DNA from: the human T2T-CHM13v2.0 reference genome, Homo sapiens
DNA length: 64,000 nucleotides
Direction: 5' to 3' (one strand)
Assembly: GCF_009914755.1 (NCBI RefSeq)
Contig: NC_060932.1
Positions 12,861-29,025 of the stretch are shown here, piece after piece (the first letter of the stretch is position 1; every line of letters starts with the position of its first letter). The notes beneath the pieces were generated by a model. It was not told the origin of the DNA, ran no database searches, and saw nothing but the letters and a program-made list of their open reading frames with translations. The position numbers and the translations under genes are program-made.

Positions 12861-14546
12861 ATTAGATTTCCTTAAAATGTTACTTGGAAAGCATCCAGGG
12901 CTGTGGAAATAGGGTTTGCTTTCAATTGTTTGCTTAGCTTTCTCCCATAACAAATAGAATGAGAAAGATTCTCCCTTTTTTTCTCTTCCTGTCAGTATCC
13001 CTCTTGTCTAAACCCATTTTCTCTGCTCTCAGAAGAAAGGAGGTATACTTGCTTTGGTGGTGGTGGAAAGGGGAGGGGTGCACATTAGGCTTGCATCCTG
13101 ACCCACCTGTCTAGCAATATCCCCAGAATGCAGTGTGCACTGCCATGAAAGCTGGGAAACCAGACATTTGCAAGCACATGCGTTTCCCTGAGTGGTGTTA
13201 CAAAGGATTCTACTTTATCTTGACTGCATTTTAGAGGTCTTAGATTTCATCTTTATTCATGGGATCAAAAAGTATGGCTTCCAATGCCAGGGTGCAGTTG
13301 TCTGTGGCTCAGCACTTGACAAAGGTGATTTTACTGGATGATGAATCTTACTGAATGTTACAACTAACAACGCTATTGTATGTAAGTAGATGGGGTTTGA
13401 TGTACAGCCAGATGTACCAATCCTGAGAAAAGACAATGCTGCATTGCATTATCAATTTAATAAAGCATGTGCTGTCAGTAATATTTATTTCATTAAAAAA
13501 TACATATGGTTGCTGATACAGTTTTTTGAATTGTGGCATATTGAGTCCTTGAACTCACAGATTCAGTTATATCAACATGAGCATCTTGTACAAATGTTAG
13601 CCTTGCCCACTCACCACCCTAGTGGAAAAGGCTACTGAAAAAGCAGGTCTAGTTGCCTGAAACGTCTGCCTGTCTATTTGAAAGGAGGAATTGAAGTGGG
13701 TTGAATAAGTAGAGAGACAGGTGGGTGGAAAGTAATAAGAAACTAGGTTTAGCTAGAAAGCGATTTCCTAAAGAACTTTTACTCTCATTGGTGTTCATCG
13801 TCCATAAAACTTGGCCTTATTTCCAGAGAAAAAGAATTAATGATCATGTGAAATTGGATGTCTGTCAATTTTTCTTAAGTTTCTCAGCAGCAAAACTTGT
13901 TCTTCACCCAAGTGTAACTGCTATTTGGTCAAGGTAAGACAACTTTCTATGTGTCTAATTCACTGTGTGTTATTCATGCTAAGAATGCAGTACAGGACTC
14001 TTTATATTAACTGAACAATCAGATGGTAAAAGAATCACTTTGGCCATTTGCTGTGTGAAGTTCAGGAACATTTTTTGATAAAATAAGTAATTCCATATGC
14101 ATGTGAATTCTTAGTATTTGATTCCTGTTTCTCTTGTAATGTCCTTGGTCTTTTGTCTTTTGAATCAATTAGGTCAGTCTCAAGGGAATACAAAAAGAAA
14201 AAGAAAGAAAGAAAAACAGACCATAGTTTAAGCCAGAACACTCTAATACTGTCCACTCAACATATGGTGTTTATAGATCTTGAAAACAGAATGAGGAGGA
14301 ATGCTTCAGGAATGCTCCCTACATGGTTTTAATTTGTTCATGTTTTAAGTCTTTGGTTCTGGAGTAGTTCTTATTACAGTGAATAAAATGGTTAGTGAAA
14401 TGAGGGTAAAATATCATAATTATGTTCCTTAAATAAGACTTGTATGTCCCCTGTGGTATGCAAATATGCCACTTTTTACTCTTTTTGTTTTTTTAAAAAA
14501 GAAAATGTTAGAAGAAGGTCAGATTTGCTAAGGATAGAGGACTTAC

Positions 14547-14765
14547 CTGATAATTCTGCACCTCTTCTAAGACACAATGTGAGAAGCTGCTGCATGGAGG
14601 TAGAGCTACCTTAAAATTCTTTGCTCTGAGCCAGGGCAGTACTGCTGGCCTTTGACTCCACAGGAATGTCCGCCCTCTGTCCAAACCTTCTTGGTCCAGA
14701 CAGCCCAGCACAGATGGCATGAGTGTTTCTGCCGAGCCAGCCGGCAAGAACAGGCAGGCGGACAT
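14547..14765 (-). other. Candidate 219-nt internal exon of a minus-strand (probably non-coding) transcript
   Basis: Minus-strand acceptor TTCCCTCCTGGCCTTCACCTGCAG|A and consensus donor CAG|GTAAGT (intron starts 14546); open frame of 73 codons. Confidence 0.55.
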
Positions 14766-14918
14766 CTGCAGGTGAAGGCCAGGAGGGAATCACGACTGGA
14801 AGGTCACTGAAAGTCGATGCACAGAAAGGCTGTTTCCCCGGCAGCAGAAATTACCCTGTAAGACCTCTGCAGGTCCTCATAGGCAGTAGGCCAAGAGCGA
14901 CGGACGCTGCATACTTAC

Positions 14919-15170
14919 GCAGCCCTTAGAAGGGGATCCTGCACCTGGTGTCTATTAAAATCCAAAACACCTGAGTCACATCTGACTCTAAGATTATAAC
15001 AAGCTTCCACCTAAGGTTCTGAGTGCCATACTGCCCTAGGAATGGGTCTGTTAGCACATTAAAATCACATGGAAAGTGTTTTAAAAACCCAGTGCCCAAG
15101 CTATACTCCAGAACAATTAAGTCATCATCTCCGGGGGTGGATAACAGCATTATCTACCTCTAAACAGTTC
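14919..15170 (-). other. Candidate 252-nt minus-strand exon containing a MER5A fragment
   Basis: Acceptor TTCCTTTCTGTTTGAGCCTTGTCCTCTGCAG|G and donor TGC|GTAAGT (14918), giving a 153-nt intron to the next candidate exon. Confidence 0.4.
15045..15150. mobile_element. MER5A (hAT-Charlie) fragment
   Basis: GCACATTAAAATCACATGG...CCAGAACAATTAAGTCATCATCTCCGGGGGTGG. Confidence 0.6.
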
Positions 15171-15548
15171 CTGCAGAGGACAAGGCTCAAACAGAAAGGA
15201 ACACTCCTCAAAGCACAAAGCTATGGTGTTTTCTGATATGCTGTGTTAAGGGAGGCAGAGGCTGAGCTCTGGACACCCAAAATTAAAACTTGAACCGGTG
15301 GCTATAGAGATGTTATTTTCTCTTAAGAAATCGTATGTTAAGGAATAGAGAACTTTAGTTTCCTCATATGTAAAATAAGATAATTGGATAAATTGATCTC
15401 CAAGGTTCTCCCATTTCTATTTCCATAATCAAATGCTGGTGTAAAATTTCACACAGACTATTCTTTTCCTTTTTTGCCAAAATGTTCATTGATTTTTCTG
15501 ATGATTAAAAAATGAGAATATTGGAATTTTATGTTTTAAAGTGCCTCC

Positions 15549-15849
15549 CCTAACCATCATTCTCAGCAAACTAACACAGGAAAAGAAAACCAAACACCAC
15601 ATGTTCTCACTCATATGTGGGTGTTGAACAATGAGAACACACGGACACAGAGAGGGGAACATCACACACTGGGGCCTGTCAGGGGGGTGGGGGGCTAGAA
15701 GAGGGAGAGCATGAGGACAAATAGTAGATGACAGGTTAATGGGTGCAGCAAACCACCATGGCACGTGTATACCTATGTAACAAACCTGTACGTTCTGCAC
15801 GTATATCCAAGAACTTAAAGTATAATAATAAAAAAGTCAAAAAATAAAA
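15549..15849 (+). mobile_element. 5'-truncated L1PA (about PA8-PA10) 3' end
   Basis: L1PA 3'UTR plus A tail; TSD AAAGTGCCTCC at 15538-15548 and 15850-15860; TTTT/AAAG endonuclease site. Confidence 0.88.
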
Positions 15850-16454
15850 AAAGTGCCTCCGCCACATTTCCAAATATCACATAATAGTAAATGAAACATT
15901 TTAAAAAGTTAAAAAGCTATTCACCACTTCTGTTCAAAATTGTATGCAAGGTCCTAACCGGTACAACAAAAGAAGAAAAAAAATTAAAGAATACAGTTAA
16001 AAATAAAAAAAAAACTACTTATATTCACAAATGACATGATTGTCTACATTTTAAAAATCCAAAAATATACGAAAAAGACAACTATATTTAATAACTGAGT
16101 TTGGGATATGAGGTCTTGGTATATAAGAACAATATACAAATATCAATTATATTTTTGTATAAAAGCAAGGAAAAAATCACAAATTTTTTAAAGTATAATT
16201 TAAAATTACATCAAAAACACCAACTACTTAGATATAAATTTAACAAAATCTGCACAAGATTTGTATGTTAAAACTACAAAATATTGATAAGAAAAATTAA
16301 AAATCTTTGATGTTCATGGATTACAAAGCTCAAAGTTGTCAAGATGTAAATTGTCCCTAAATTGATCTACAGATTCAATGCAATTTCAATATCCAAGCAG
16401 GCTTTTGTAAAAACTGAAAGGCAGATCCTAACATTTATGTGAAAAAGCAAAAGA

Positions 16455-17334
16455 AGGGTGGAGCCAAGATGGCCAAATAGGAACAGCTCCGGTCTACAGC
16501 TCCCAGCAGAAGATGGGTGATTTCTGCATTTCCATCTGAGGTACCGGATTCATCTCACTAGGGAGTGCCAGACAGTGGGCGTAGGTCAGTGGGTGCGCGC
16601 ACCCTGTGTAAGCTGAGGCAGGGCGAGGCATTGCCTCACTTGGGAAGTGCAAGGGGTCAGGGAATTCCCTTTCCTTGTCAAAGAAAGAGGTGACAGACGG
16701 CACCTGGAAAATCGGGTCACTCCAACCCGAATACTGCGCTTTTCTGACGGACTTCAAAAATGGCGCACCAGGAGATTATATCCCACACCTGGCTCGGAGG
16801 GTCCTATGCCCACAGAGTCTCGCTGATTGCTAGCACAGCAGTCTGAGATCAAACTGCAAGGTGGCAGCCAGGCTGGAGGAGGGGCGCCGCCATTGCCCAG
16901 GTTTACTTAGGTAAACAAAGTAGCCAGGAAGCTGGAACTGGGTGGAGCCCACCGCAGCTCAAGGAGGCCTGCCTGCCTCTGTAGGCTCCACCTCTGGACA
17001 CAGACAAACAAAAAAACAGCAGTAACCTCTGCAGACTTAAATGTCCCTGTCTGACAGCTTTGAAGAGAGCAGTGGTTCTCCCAGCATGCAGATGGAGATC
17101 TGAGAATGGGCAGACTGCGTCCTCAGGTGGGTCCCTGACCCCCGAGCAGCCTAACTGGGAGGCACCCCCCAGCAGGGGCACACTGACCCCTCACATGGCC
17201 GGGTACTCCAACAGACCTGCAGCTGAGGGTCCTGTCTGTTAGGAGGAAAACTAACAAACAGAAAGGACATCCACACCAAAAACCCATCTGTACATCACCA
17301 TCATCAAAGACCAAAAGTAGATAAAACCACAAAG
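16455..17334. promoter_or_regulatory. L1 5'UTR bidirectional (sense plus antisense) promoter
   Basis: Intact YY1 motif CAAGATGGC near the 5' end; CpG-rich; antisense splice donors CAG|GTGTGG (16788) and CAG|GTGCCG (16703) intact. Confidence 0.75.
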
Positions 17335-18350
17335 ATGGGAAAAAAACAGAGCAGAAAAACTGGAAACTCTAAAAAGCAGAGCGCCTCTCCTCCTCCAAAG
17401 GAATGCAGTTCCTCACCAGCAACGGAACAAAGGTGGATGAAGAATGACTTTGACGAGCTGAGAGAAGAAGGCTTCAGATGATCAAATTACTCCGAGCTAC
17501 GGGAGGACATTCGAACCAAAGGCAAAGAAGTTCAAAACTTTGAAAAAAATTTAGAAGAATGTATAACTAGAATAACCAATACAGAGAAGTGCTTAAAGGA
17601 GCTGATGGAGCTGAAAACCAAGGCTCGAGAACTACATGAAGAATGCAGAAGCCTCAGGAGCCGATGCGATCAACTGGAAGAAAGGATATCAGTGATGGAA
17701 GATGAAGTGAATGAAATGAAGCGAGAAGGGAAGTTTTGAGAAAAAAGAATAAAAAGAAACGAGCAAAGCCTCCAAGAAATATGGGACTATGTGAAAAGAC
17801 CAAATCTATGTCTGATTGGTGTACCTGAAAGTGACGGGGAGAATGGAACCAGTTGGAAAACACTCTGCAGGATATTATCCAGGAGAACTTCCCCAATCTA
17901 GCAAGGCAGGCCAACATTCAGATTCAGGAAATGCAGAGAACACCACAAAGATACTCCTCGAGAAGAGCAGCTCCAAGACACATAATTGTCAGATTCACCA
18001 AAGTTGAAATGAAGGAAAAAATGTTAAGGGCAGCCAGAGAGAAAGGTCGGGTTACCCACAAAGGGAAGCCCATCAGACTAACAGCGGATCTATGGGCAGA
18101 AACTCTACAAGCCAGAAGAGAGTGGGGGCCAATATTCAACATTCTTAAAGAAAAGAATTTTCCACCCAGAATTTCATATCCAGCCAAACTAAGCTTCATA
18201 AGTGAAGGAGAAATAAAATACTTTACAGACAAGCAAATGCTGAGAGATTTTGTCACCACCAGGTCTGCCCTAAAAGAGCTCCTGAAGGAAGCACTAAACA
18301 TGGAAAGGAACAACCGATACCAGCCGCTGCAAAATCATGCCAAAATGTAA
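17335..18350 (+). pseudogene. L1 ORF1p, disrupted
   Basis: Starts MGKKQSRK...; TGA at codon 49 (17479-17481), TGA at 17737-17739, and a 1-bp deletion near 17851; C-terminal part read by ORF 17853-18350. Confidence 0.93.
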
Positions 18351-18413
18351 AGGCCTTCGAGACTAGGAAGAAACTGCATGAACTAACGAGCAAAATAACC
18401 AGCTAACATCATC

Positions 18414-22240
<3,827 letters not shown>

Positions 22241-22679
22241 ACAATGAGAACACATGAACACAGGAAGGGGAACATCACACTCTGGGGACTGTTGTGGGGT
22301 GGGGGGAGAGGGGAGGGATAGCATTGGGAGATATACTTAATGCTAGATGGCGAGTTAGTGGGTGCAGCGCACCAGCACAGTACATGTATACATATGTAAC
22401 TAACCTGCACATTGTGCACATGTACCCTAAAACTTAAAGTATAATAATAATAAATTAAAAAAAAAGAAAGAAAGAAAAAGCAAAAGACATAGACTAACCA
22501 AAACAATTTTGGAAAAACAACAACAAAGTTGACTGATTCACACTACAAGATTTAAAGACTTAGAAATCAGGACAGTGTGGCATGAGACTTTCAGAACTAG
22601 GTGAGGGCCGGAGGATATGGATTGAAGGAGGCACCTGAACCATACCACACACGGCTCACACAGTAGGAAGGGACCCCAT

Positions 22680-22918
22680 CCATGCACTGGTCCCATTTTT
22701 GTAAATAAAATTTTATTAAAATACAAATCATTTTTTCCTGTAAGTATGACTTATGCAACAATCATGATATACTTAAACTACAAAAATGTTTTATGGCTTA
22801 TCTAAAATTCAGATTTAACTGGGTGTCCTGTATTTTATCTGGCAAACCTATGCATAATCTCAAAGACTAAAATATTTACTATTTGGACCTTTTATAGAAA
22901 ATGTTTGCCAAACCCTGG
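22680..22918. mobile_element. MER58A-like hAT element with a nested MER53-like fragment (about 22740-22850)
   Basis: TTTTTGTAAATAAAATTTTATT...AAAATATTTACTATTTGGACCTTTATAGAAAATGTTTGCCAAACCCTG; inner TTTAACTGGGTGTCCTGTATTTTATCTGGCAAACCT. Confidence 0.6.
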
Positions 22919-23139
22919 TTGGAAAGGAAGAAAACTGTCTCTAAAAATTATATTATCAATATTTCCAATCATTTAAAACTGTGCTGTCATTAAAGGAATT
23001 CATAAAATAAATAAAGCATAAATATATTTGTCTTCGTTCAGCTACAAAGATTGAAATATTATACACAAAATTTTAACAATATGGCTATTTTCACCAGTTT
23101 TAAAACTTTCATCTAACCATTCTAAATGTGAGAGTATAC

Positions 23140-23520
23140 TATATTCTAGAGCAGCAGATCATAAACCTGCACATCAGATCAACCTAGGATGCTTTTTTAA
23201 AGAAAAGCACATATTCTTAGACCTCCACTCGGAAATTCGGATTTTTTAGTGCCTGAAATAGAAACTAGGAATCTGTATTTTTTTTTTTTTTAATTTCTTT
23301 GAGATGATCCTGATGTACAGACCAGAGACCTGGTGAGTTCCAGCAGTAGTCTGAAAACTTTAACCTGCATTGGAATAAGCTGGAAGTCTTGTTTAAACAG
23401 ACTGCTGAACCCCCAACTCCAGATGTTCTGATTTAGTAAGTATACAGTCGGGCACAAGAGTGTCTAACAATTTTCCATGTGACGCTGGTACTGCTGGTCT
23501 GGGGACCTCATTTTGAGAAA
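23140..23520. mobile_element. Two MER5-family (hAT-Charlie) elements
   Basis: GGAATCTGTATTTT...GATGATCCTGATGTACAG; CTGCTGGTCTGGGGACCTCATTTTGAGAA. Confidence 0.6.
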
Positions 23521-23886
23521 GAATGTGTTGCAGAATTTTATGTACCTAATTTGTGGCTCTCTTTTTAAATTCAAATCCACATTATTAACAAAAATTCAAT
23601 ATTATATAATATAATGGAATTTTATCACTACAAAATGGACTGTATTGTTTATTTCATCTAGAAAATAAATACTACGTTTTTATATTTGTTCTTCAAACTG
23701 TTTTGCTATAACCTAGAATGTCTCTAATTTCATCAAAAAAAGTCATAAGAATGTAATGCCTGTAAGTCTTAAGCAGTTAAGTCTTAAATGTGGGATTGGA
23801 AGATTATTGTAAAAATTAAGCTATTTACTAATAAACAAGCTTAGTAAAGTTTCAAGATACAAAATCTATATGTAAAATTCAACTGT

Positions 23887-24192
23887 TGCTGGGCACGGTG
23901 GCTCACACCTGTAATCCGAGCACTCTGTGAGGCCAAGGTGGGCAGATCACCTGAGGTCAGGAGTTCAAGAACAGCCTGGCCAGCATGGTGAAACCTCATC
24001 TCTACCAAAAATACAAAAATTGGCCAGGCGTGGTGACTCATGCCTGTAGCCCCAGCTACTTGGGAGGCAGAGGAAGGAGAATTGCTCAACCCAGGAGGCA
24101 GAGGTTGCAGTGAGCTGAGATTGCACCATTGCACTCCAGCCTGGGTGACAGAGAAAAACTCCATCAAAAAAAAAAAAAAAAAAAAAAAAAAA
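23887..24192 (+). mobile_element. AluS SINE
   Basis: Full Alu with a long pure A tail. Confidence 0.93.
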
Positions 24193-24989
24193 GCCAATTG
24201 TGTTTCTCTAAAGTAAAAATGAACAAACCAAAAATACAACTAGGAAAACAATTATATTTTTAAAACATCAAAAGTAATAAAATGCTTGACAATAAATTTA
24301 ACCAAGGAAATGTAAGACTTATACACTGAAAACTATAAACATTGTTGAAAGAAATTAAAGAAGAGCTAACGAAGTGAAAGACATCCCATGTTCATGGCTT
24401 GGAATGCTTAACATTATTAAAATGACAATACTCTGCAAATTGATCTACAGATTCAAAATGATTCCTATTAAAATCTTAGTTAACTTTTTTGGAGAAATTT
24501 GCAAGATAATCTTAAAACTCCCATGGAAATGCTAGAGAAAAAGAATAACCAAAAAATCTTGAAAGGGAAGAACTATGTTAGAGGATTCACATTTTCTAAT
24601 TTTGAAACTTACTTGAAAGCTAGAATAATCAAAACAGTGTGATACTAGCAATAGACTAGACATTGAATTATGAGTGCAGAAATAAACCCTCACATTTTTA
24701 GTCAATTGACTTTTGACAAGGGTGACAAAACAAATTATCTTTTCAACAAATGGTTCTGGGATTGCTGGACATTCACACACAAAAAGAAGAAAGTTAGAAC
24801 CCTCTGTTACACCATATACCAAAATTAATTCAAAATAGATCAAATAACTAAATTAAGTGATTAAAATTATTTTAAAATAATTTTTATTAAAGATTATTTA
24901 CAATGTATACTTTTTTATAAAAATATTAGAAAACTTGGGTTTAAATCTTTGTAATTTGAAACAGAAAACTGCTTCTTAAATAGGGCACA

Positions 24990-25357
<368 letters not shown>

Positions 25358-25597
25358 TCAGAATTTAAAACTTTTGTGCTTCAAAGGACACTACAAAAAA
25401 GCAAAAGGGCAACCCACAGGAGAAAATTTTTGTAAGTAATATACTTGATAAGGGACTAGTGTCTAGAATATATAAATGACTATTAAAACTCGGTAGTAAA
25501 AAGACAACGCAATTGAAAATAGGCAAAAGATCTCAATAGACAGTTATCTAAAGAAGATATACAACTGTTCCATAAGCACGTGAAAAGGTGCTCAAGG

Positions 25598-25697
25598 TAC
25601 TTGGGAGGTTGAGGCAGAAGAATCACTTGAGGCCAGGAGTTTTAGACCAGCCTGAGCAACATAGCAATACCACGTTTCTAAAAATAAATAAATAAAT
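25598..25697 (+). mobile_element. Alu monomer fragment (FLAM-like)
   Basis: TACTTGGGAGGTTGAGGCAG...GACCAGCCTGAGCAACATAGC followed by an A tail. Confidence 0.7.
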
Positions 25698-25812
25698 ATG
25701 TTAAAATCTAAAAAGGAAAAAAAGATGTTCTAGGTCATTAGTCAACAAGAAAACACAAATCAAAACAACAATAAGATACTGCTTCATAGCTACTCAGATG
25801 GCTACAATAAAA

Positions 25813-25826
25813 ACACACACATACAT

Positions 25827-25857
<31 letters not shown>
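25813..25857. repeat. (CA)n microsatellite
   Basis: Interrupted ACACAC run. Confidence 0.9.
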
Positions 25858-25860
<3 letters not shown>

Positions 25861-26517
25861 AGAAAATTACAAATGTTGAAGGGAATATGGAGAAATTGGA
25901 GCCTTCATGCATCACTGGTAGAAATGTAAAATGGTGCAGCCATTTTGGAAAACAATTTGCCATTTTCTTAAAAACTTAAACATGGAATTACTATATGAAC
26001 CAGCAATTCAACTCCTAGGTATATACCTAAGAGAAAAGATAATGCATGCCCACAGAAAAACGTGAACACACATGCTCATAATAGTATTATTTATAATAGC
26101 AAAAAGGTAGAAACAACCCAAATTTCCATCAGCCAATGAATGGATAAATAAAATGTGTTATACTTATGCAACAGAATATTATTCAGCAATAAAAAATAAA
26201 TGAAGTACTGATACATCCTACAATATAGATGACCCTTGAAAATGTTATGCTAAGTTAAAGCAACCAGACACAAGACACTACATGTGGAATGATTCCACTA
26301 ATATAAAATGACCAGAATTGATGCATCTATAGAGACAGAAAGTCGATTAGCAGTTGCATAGAGTTGGTAGATTATGGGAAGATTGGAGGGTGACTACTGA
26401 GGGATACAGCATTTCTTTTTAGGGCAATTAAAATGTTCTAAAATTGATGGTGATGGATTCACAACTCTGGCTACACTGAAAGTTTTTGAACTGTATATTT
26501 TTAAAGTGTGAATTGTA

Positions 26518-27445
26518 GCCTGGGCAACATAGTGGGACCCTGTCTCTACAAAAATATTAAAAATTCACTAGGCATGGTGGTGTTATGGGATCTTTGGGGT
26601 GTTGCTTTTCTGGCCAGAAACTTCTCTGGCTGGTGGCACCTTTGCCTAAGTTCTTGTCCTGTGTCCTAGAAGAACGGGATGTGCAGACAAGTGGAAGGTG
26701 AGCAAAATGAAGAGGAGCTTTACTGAGTGTTACAACAGCTCAGAGGAGACCCAGAGTGGGTAGCTGCTCTCTGTAAGCAGGTTGTCTCACCAGGTGTTCA
26801 GTTCTCAGAAGAGAAAAGGCCCTGGAGAGGGTAGCCTCTCCAGGGGGAGGGTGGGGGCAAGCCATCAGTGACACAAATCTATAGTATACCTGCCTACTCC
26901 CAGCTCCCAAGAGAACAGGGGTGCCTGAGTTTCAGCCATGGCTTGGGAATCTGCAGCTGCACCTGGGGAGCTCCTGCTCTGCCAACTTGGAAGGGGCAGA
27001 GTTCCCACTTGTCCCCAATTCCCACTGGCTCCATGGAGCCTGGCACCCAGTCATGCTCCCTTGTTTCCTGGGACAGGGGCTCCAGGCCCTCGCTGGGTCT
27101 GCGCTGGCATTCAGGGCAGGGGCGATGTTGCCACAAGCTCCTCCTGTGGCCCCAGCACTCAGTGGTGGCCTAGCACATAACCCGGACTGGCCCCATCATA
27201 GTGGTCTCCAGGATGGTGGGCTGTCCACCTCCTTCCCGTGCCTTCCCGGCAGCTGCTGGTGTGATGGCAGTGGCTGCACCAGATGGCCCACTGCTGCCAT
27301 CAGTGGCACACATCTGTAGTCCCAGGTACTTGGGAGGGTGAGGGAAGAGTATCCCTTGAGCCCAGGAGTTTGAGGCTGCAGTGAGCTGTGATTATGACAT
27401 TGTACTCCAACCTGGGTGAGAGTGAGACTCCATCTCACAATAAAA
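26518..27445 (+). mobile_element. 5'-truncated AluJ split by MER52 (26518-26580 and 27303-27445)
   Basis: GGCATGGTGG|LTR|GTGGCACACATCTGTAGTCCC; AluJ-type GAGTTTGAGGCTGCAGTGAGC. Confidence 0.85.
26581..27302 (-). mobile_element. MER52-family ERV1 solo LTR, internally shortened
   Basis: TG...CA termini, 4-bp TSD GTGG; minus-strand start TGATGGCAGCAGTGGGCCATCTGG matches the MER52 5' end. Confidence 0.8.
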
Positions 27446-28122
27446 GGATGATTTGTGTAGTATGAGTTATATATCAAAAAATGTGTTGTTGTTTTTAAAA
27501 AAAACACTTATGTTAAGAACATTGTTCTGTAGTAAAATAGGCATTTTCAATTGCAACAAAAGCAAAAATTGACAATTGGGTCTAATTAAACTAAAGAGCT
27601 TCTACACAACAAAGGAAACTATCAACAGAGTGAACAGACAACCTACAGAATGGGAGAAAAATTTTGCAATCTATCCATCTGACAAAGGTCTAATATCCAG
27701 CATCTATAAGGAACTTAAACAAATTTACAAGAAAACAAACAAACATCCCCATTAAAAAATGGGCAAAGGACATGAACAGACACTTCCCAAAAGAAGACAT
27801 ACATGTGGCCAACAATCATATGAAATAAAGCTTAACATCACTGATCATTAGAGAAATGCAAATCAAAACCACAATGAGATACCATCTCATATCAGTCAGA
27901 ATGGCTATTATAAAAAATCAAAAAATAACAGATGCTGGTGAGTTTCCAGAGTAAAAGGAATGCTTATACACCGTTAGTGGGAGTACAAATTTGTCCAACC
28001 ATTATAAGACAGTGTGACAATTCCTCAAAGACCTAAACTAGAATTGCCATTTGACTCAGCAATCCCATTACTGGATATATATCCAAAGGAATATAAATTT
28101 TTCTATTATAAAGAAACTTGCA

Positions 28123-28419
<297 letters not shown>

Positions 28420-28654
28420 GACACATGCATGCATATGTTCATTGAAGCACTATTCACAATAACAAAGACACGGAATCAACCTAAATGGCCACCAGTGATA
28501 GACTGGATAAAGAAAATATGGTACATATACACTATGGGATATTATGCAGCCATTAAAAAAAACAAGATCATGTCCTTTGCAGCGTCATAAATAGAGCTGG
28601 AGGCCATTATTCTTAGCAAACTGACACAGGAACAGAAAACCAAATACCTCCACC

Positions 28655-29025
28655 CTCGCAATGCTGTAAGAAACTACCTAAGACTGGGTAATTTACGAAG
28701 AAAAGAGGTTTAATCGACTCATAGTTTTGCAGGCTGTACAGGAAGCATGGCCAGGGAGACCTCAGGAAACTTACAATCATGGTGGAAAGTGAAGGGGAAG
28801 CAGGCACATCTTCACATGGCAAAGCAAGAGAAAGAGAGCAAAGGGAAAAGTGCTATACACTTTTAAGCAACCAAATCTCATGCGAACTTACTCACTATCA
28901 TGAGAATAGCAAAGAGGACGTCTGCTCCCATGACCCAATCACCTCCCACCAGGCCCTCCTCCAACAGTGAGGATTACAATTTGACATGAGATTTTGGTGG
29001 GGACACAGACCCAAACTAAATCTCC
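28655..29025 (-). mobile_element. MST/THE1-family MaLR LTR
   Basis: GACTGGGTAATTTA...GCAGGCTGTACAGGAAGCATGG...GGGGACACAGACCCAAAC. Confidence 0.8.

Noticed and set aside
16849-16893. Intact L1 ORF0 or an ORF0 fusion protein
   Set aside because: A 1-bp deletion just after the ATG (16893) shifts the frame to MAAPLLQPGCHLAV*, stopping before the splice donors.
26868-27319. GC-rich block with overlapping ORFs suggesting a gene promoter or first exon
   Set aside because: Lies within the MER52 LTR bounded by TSDs.
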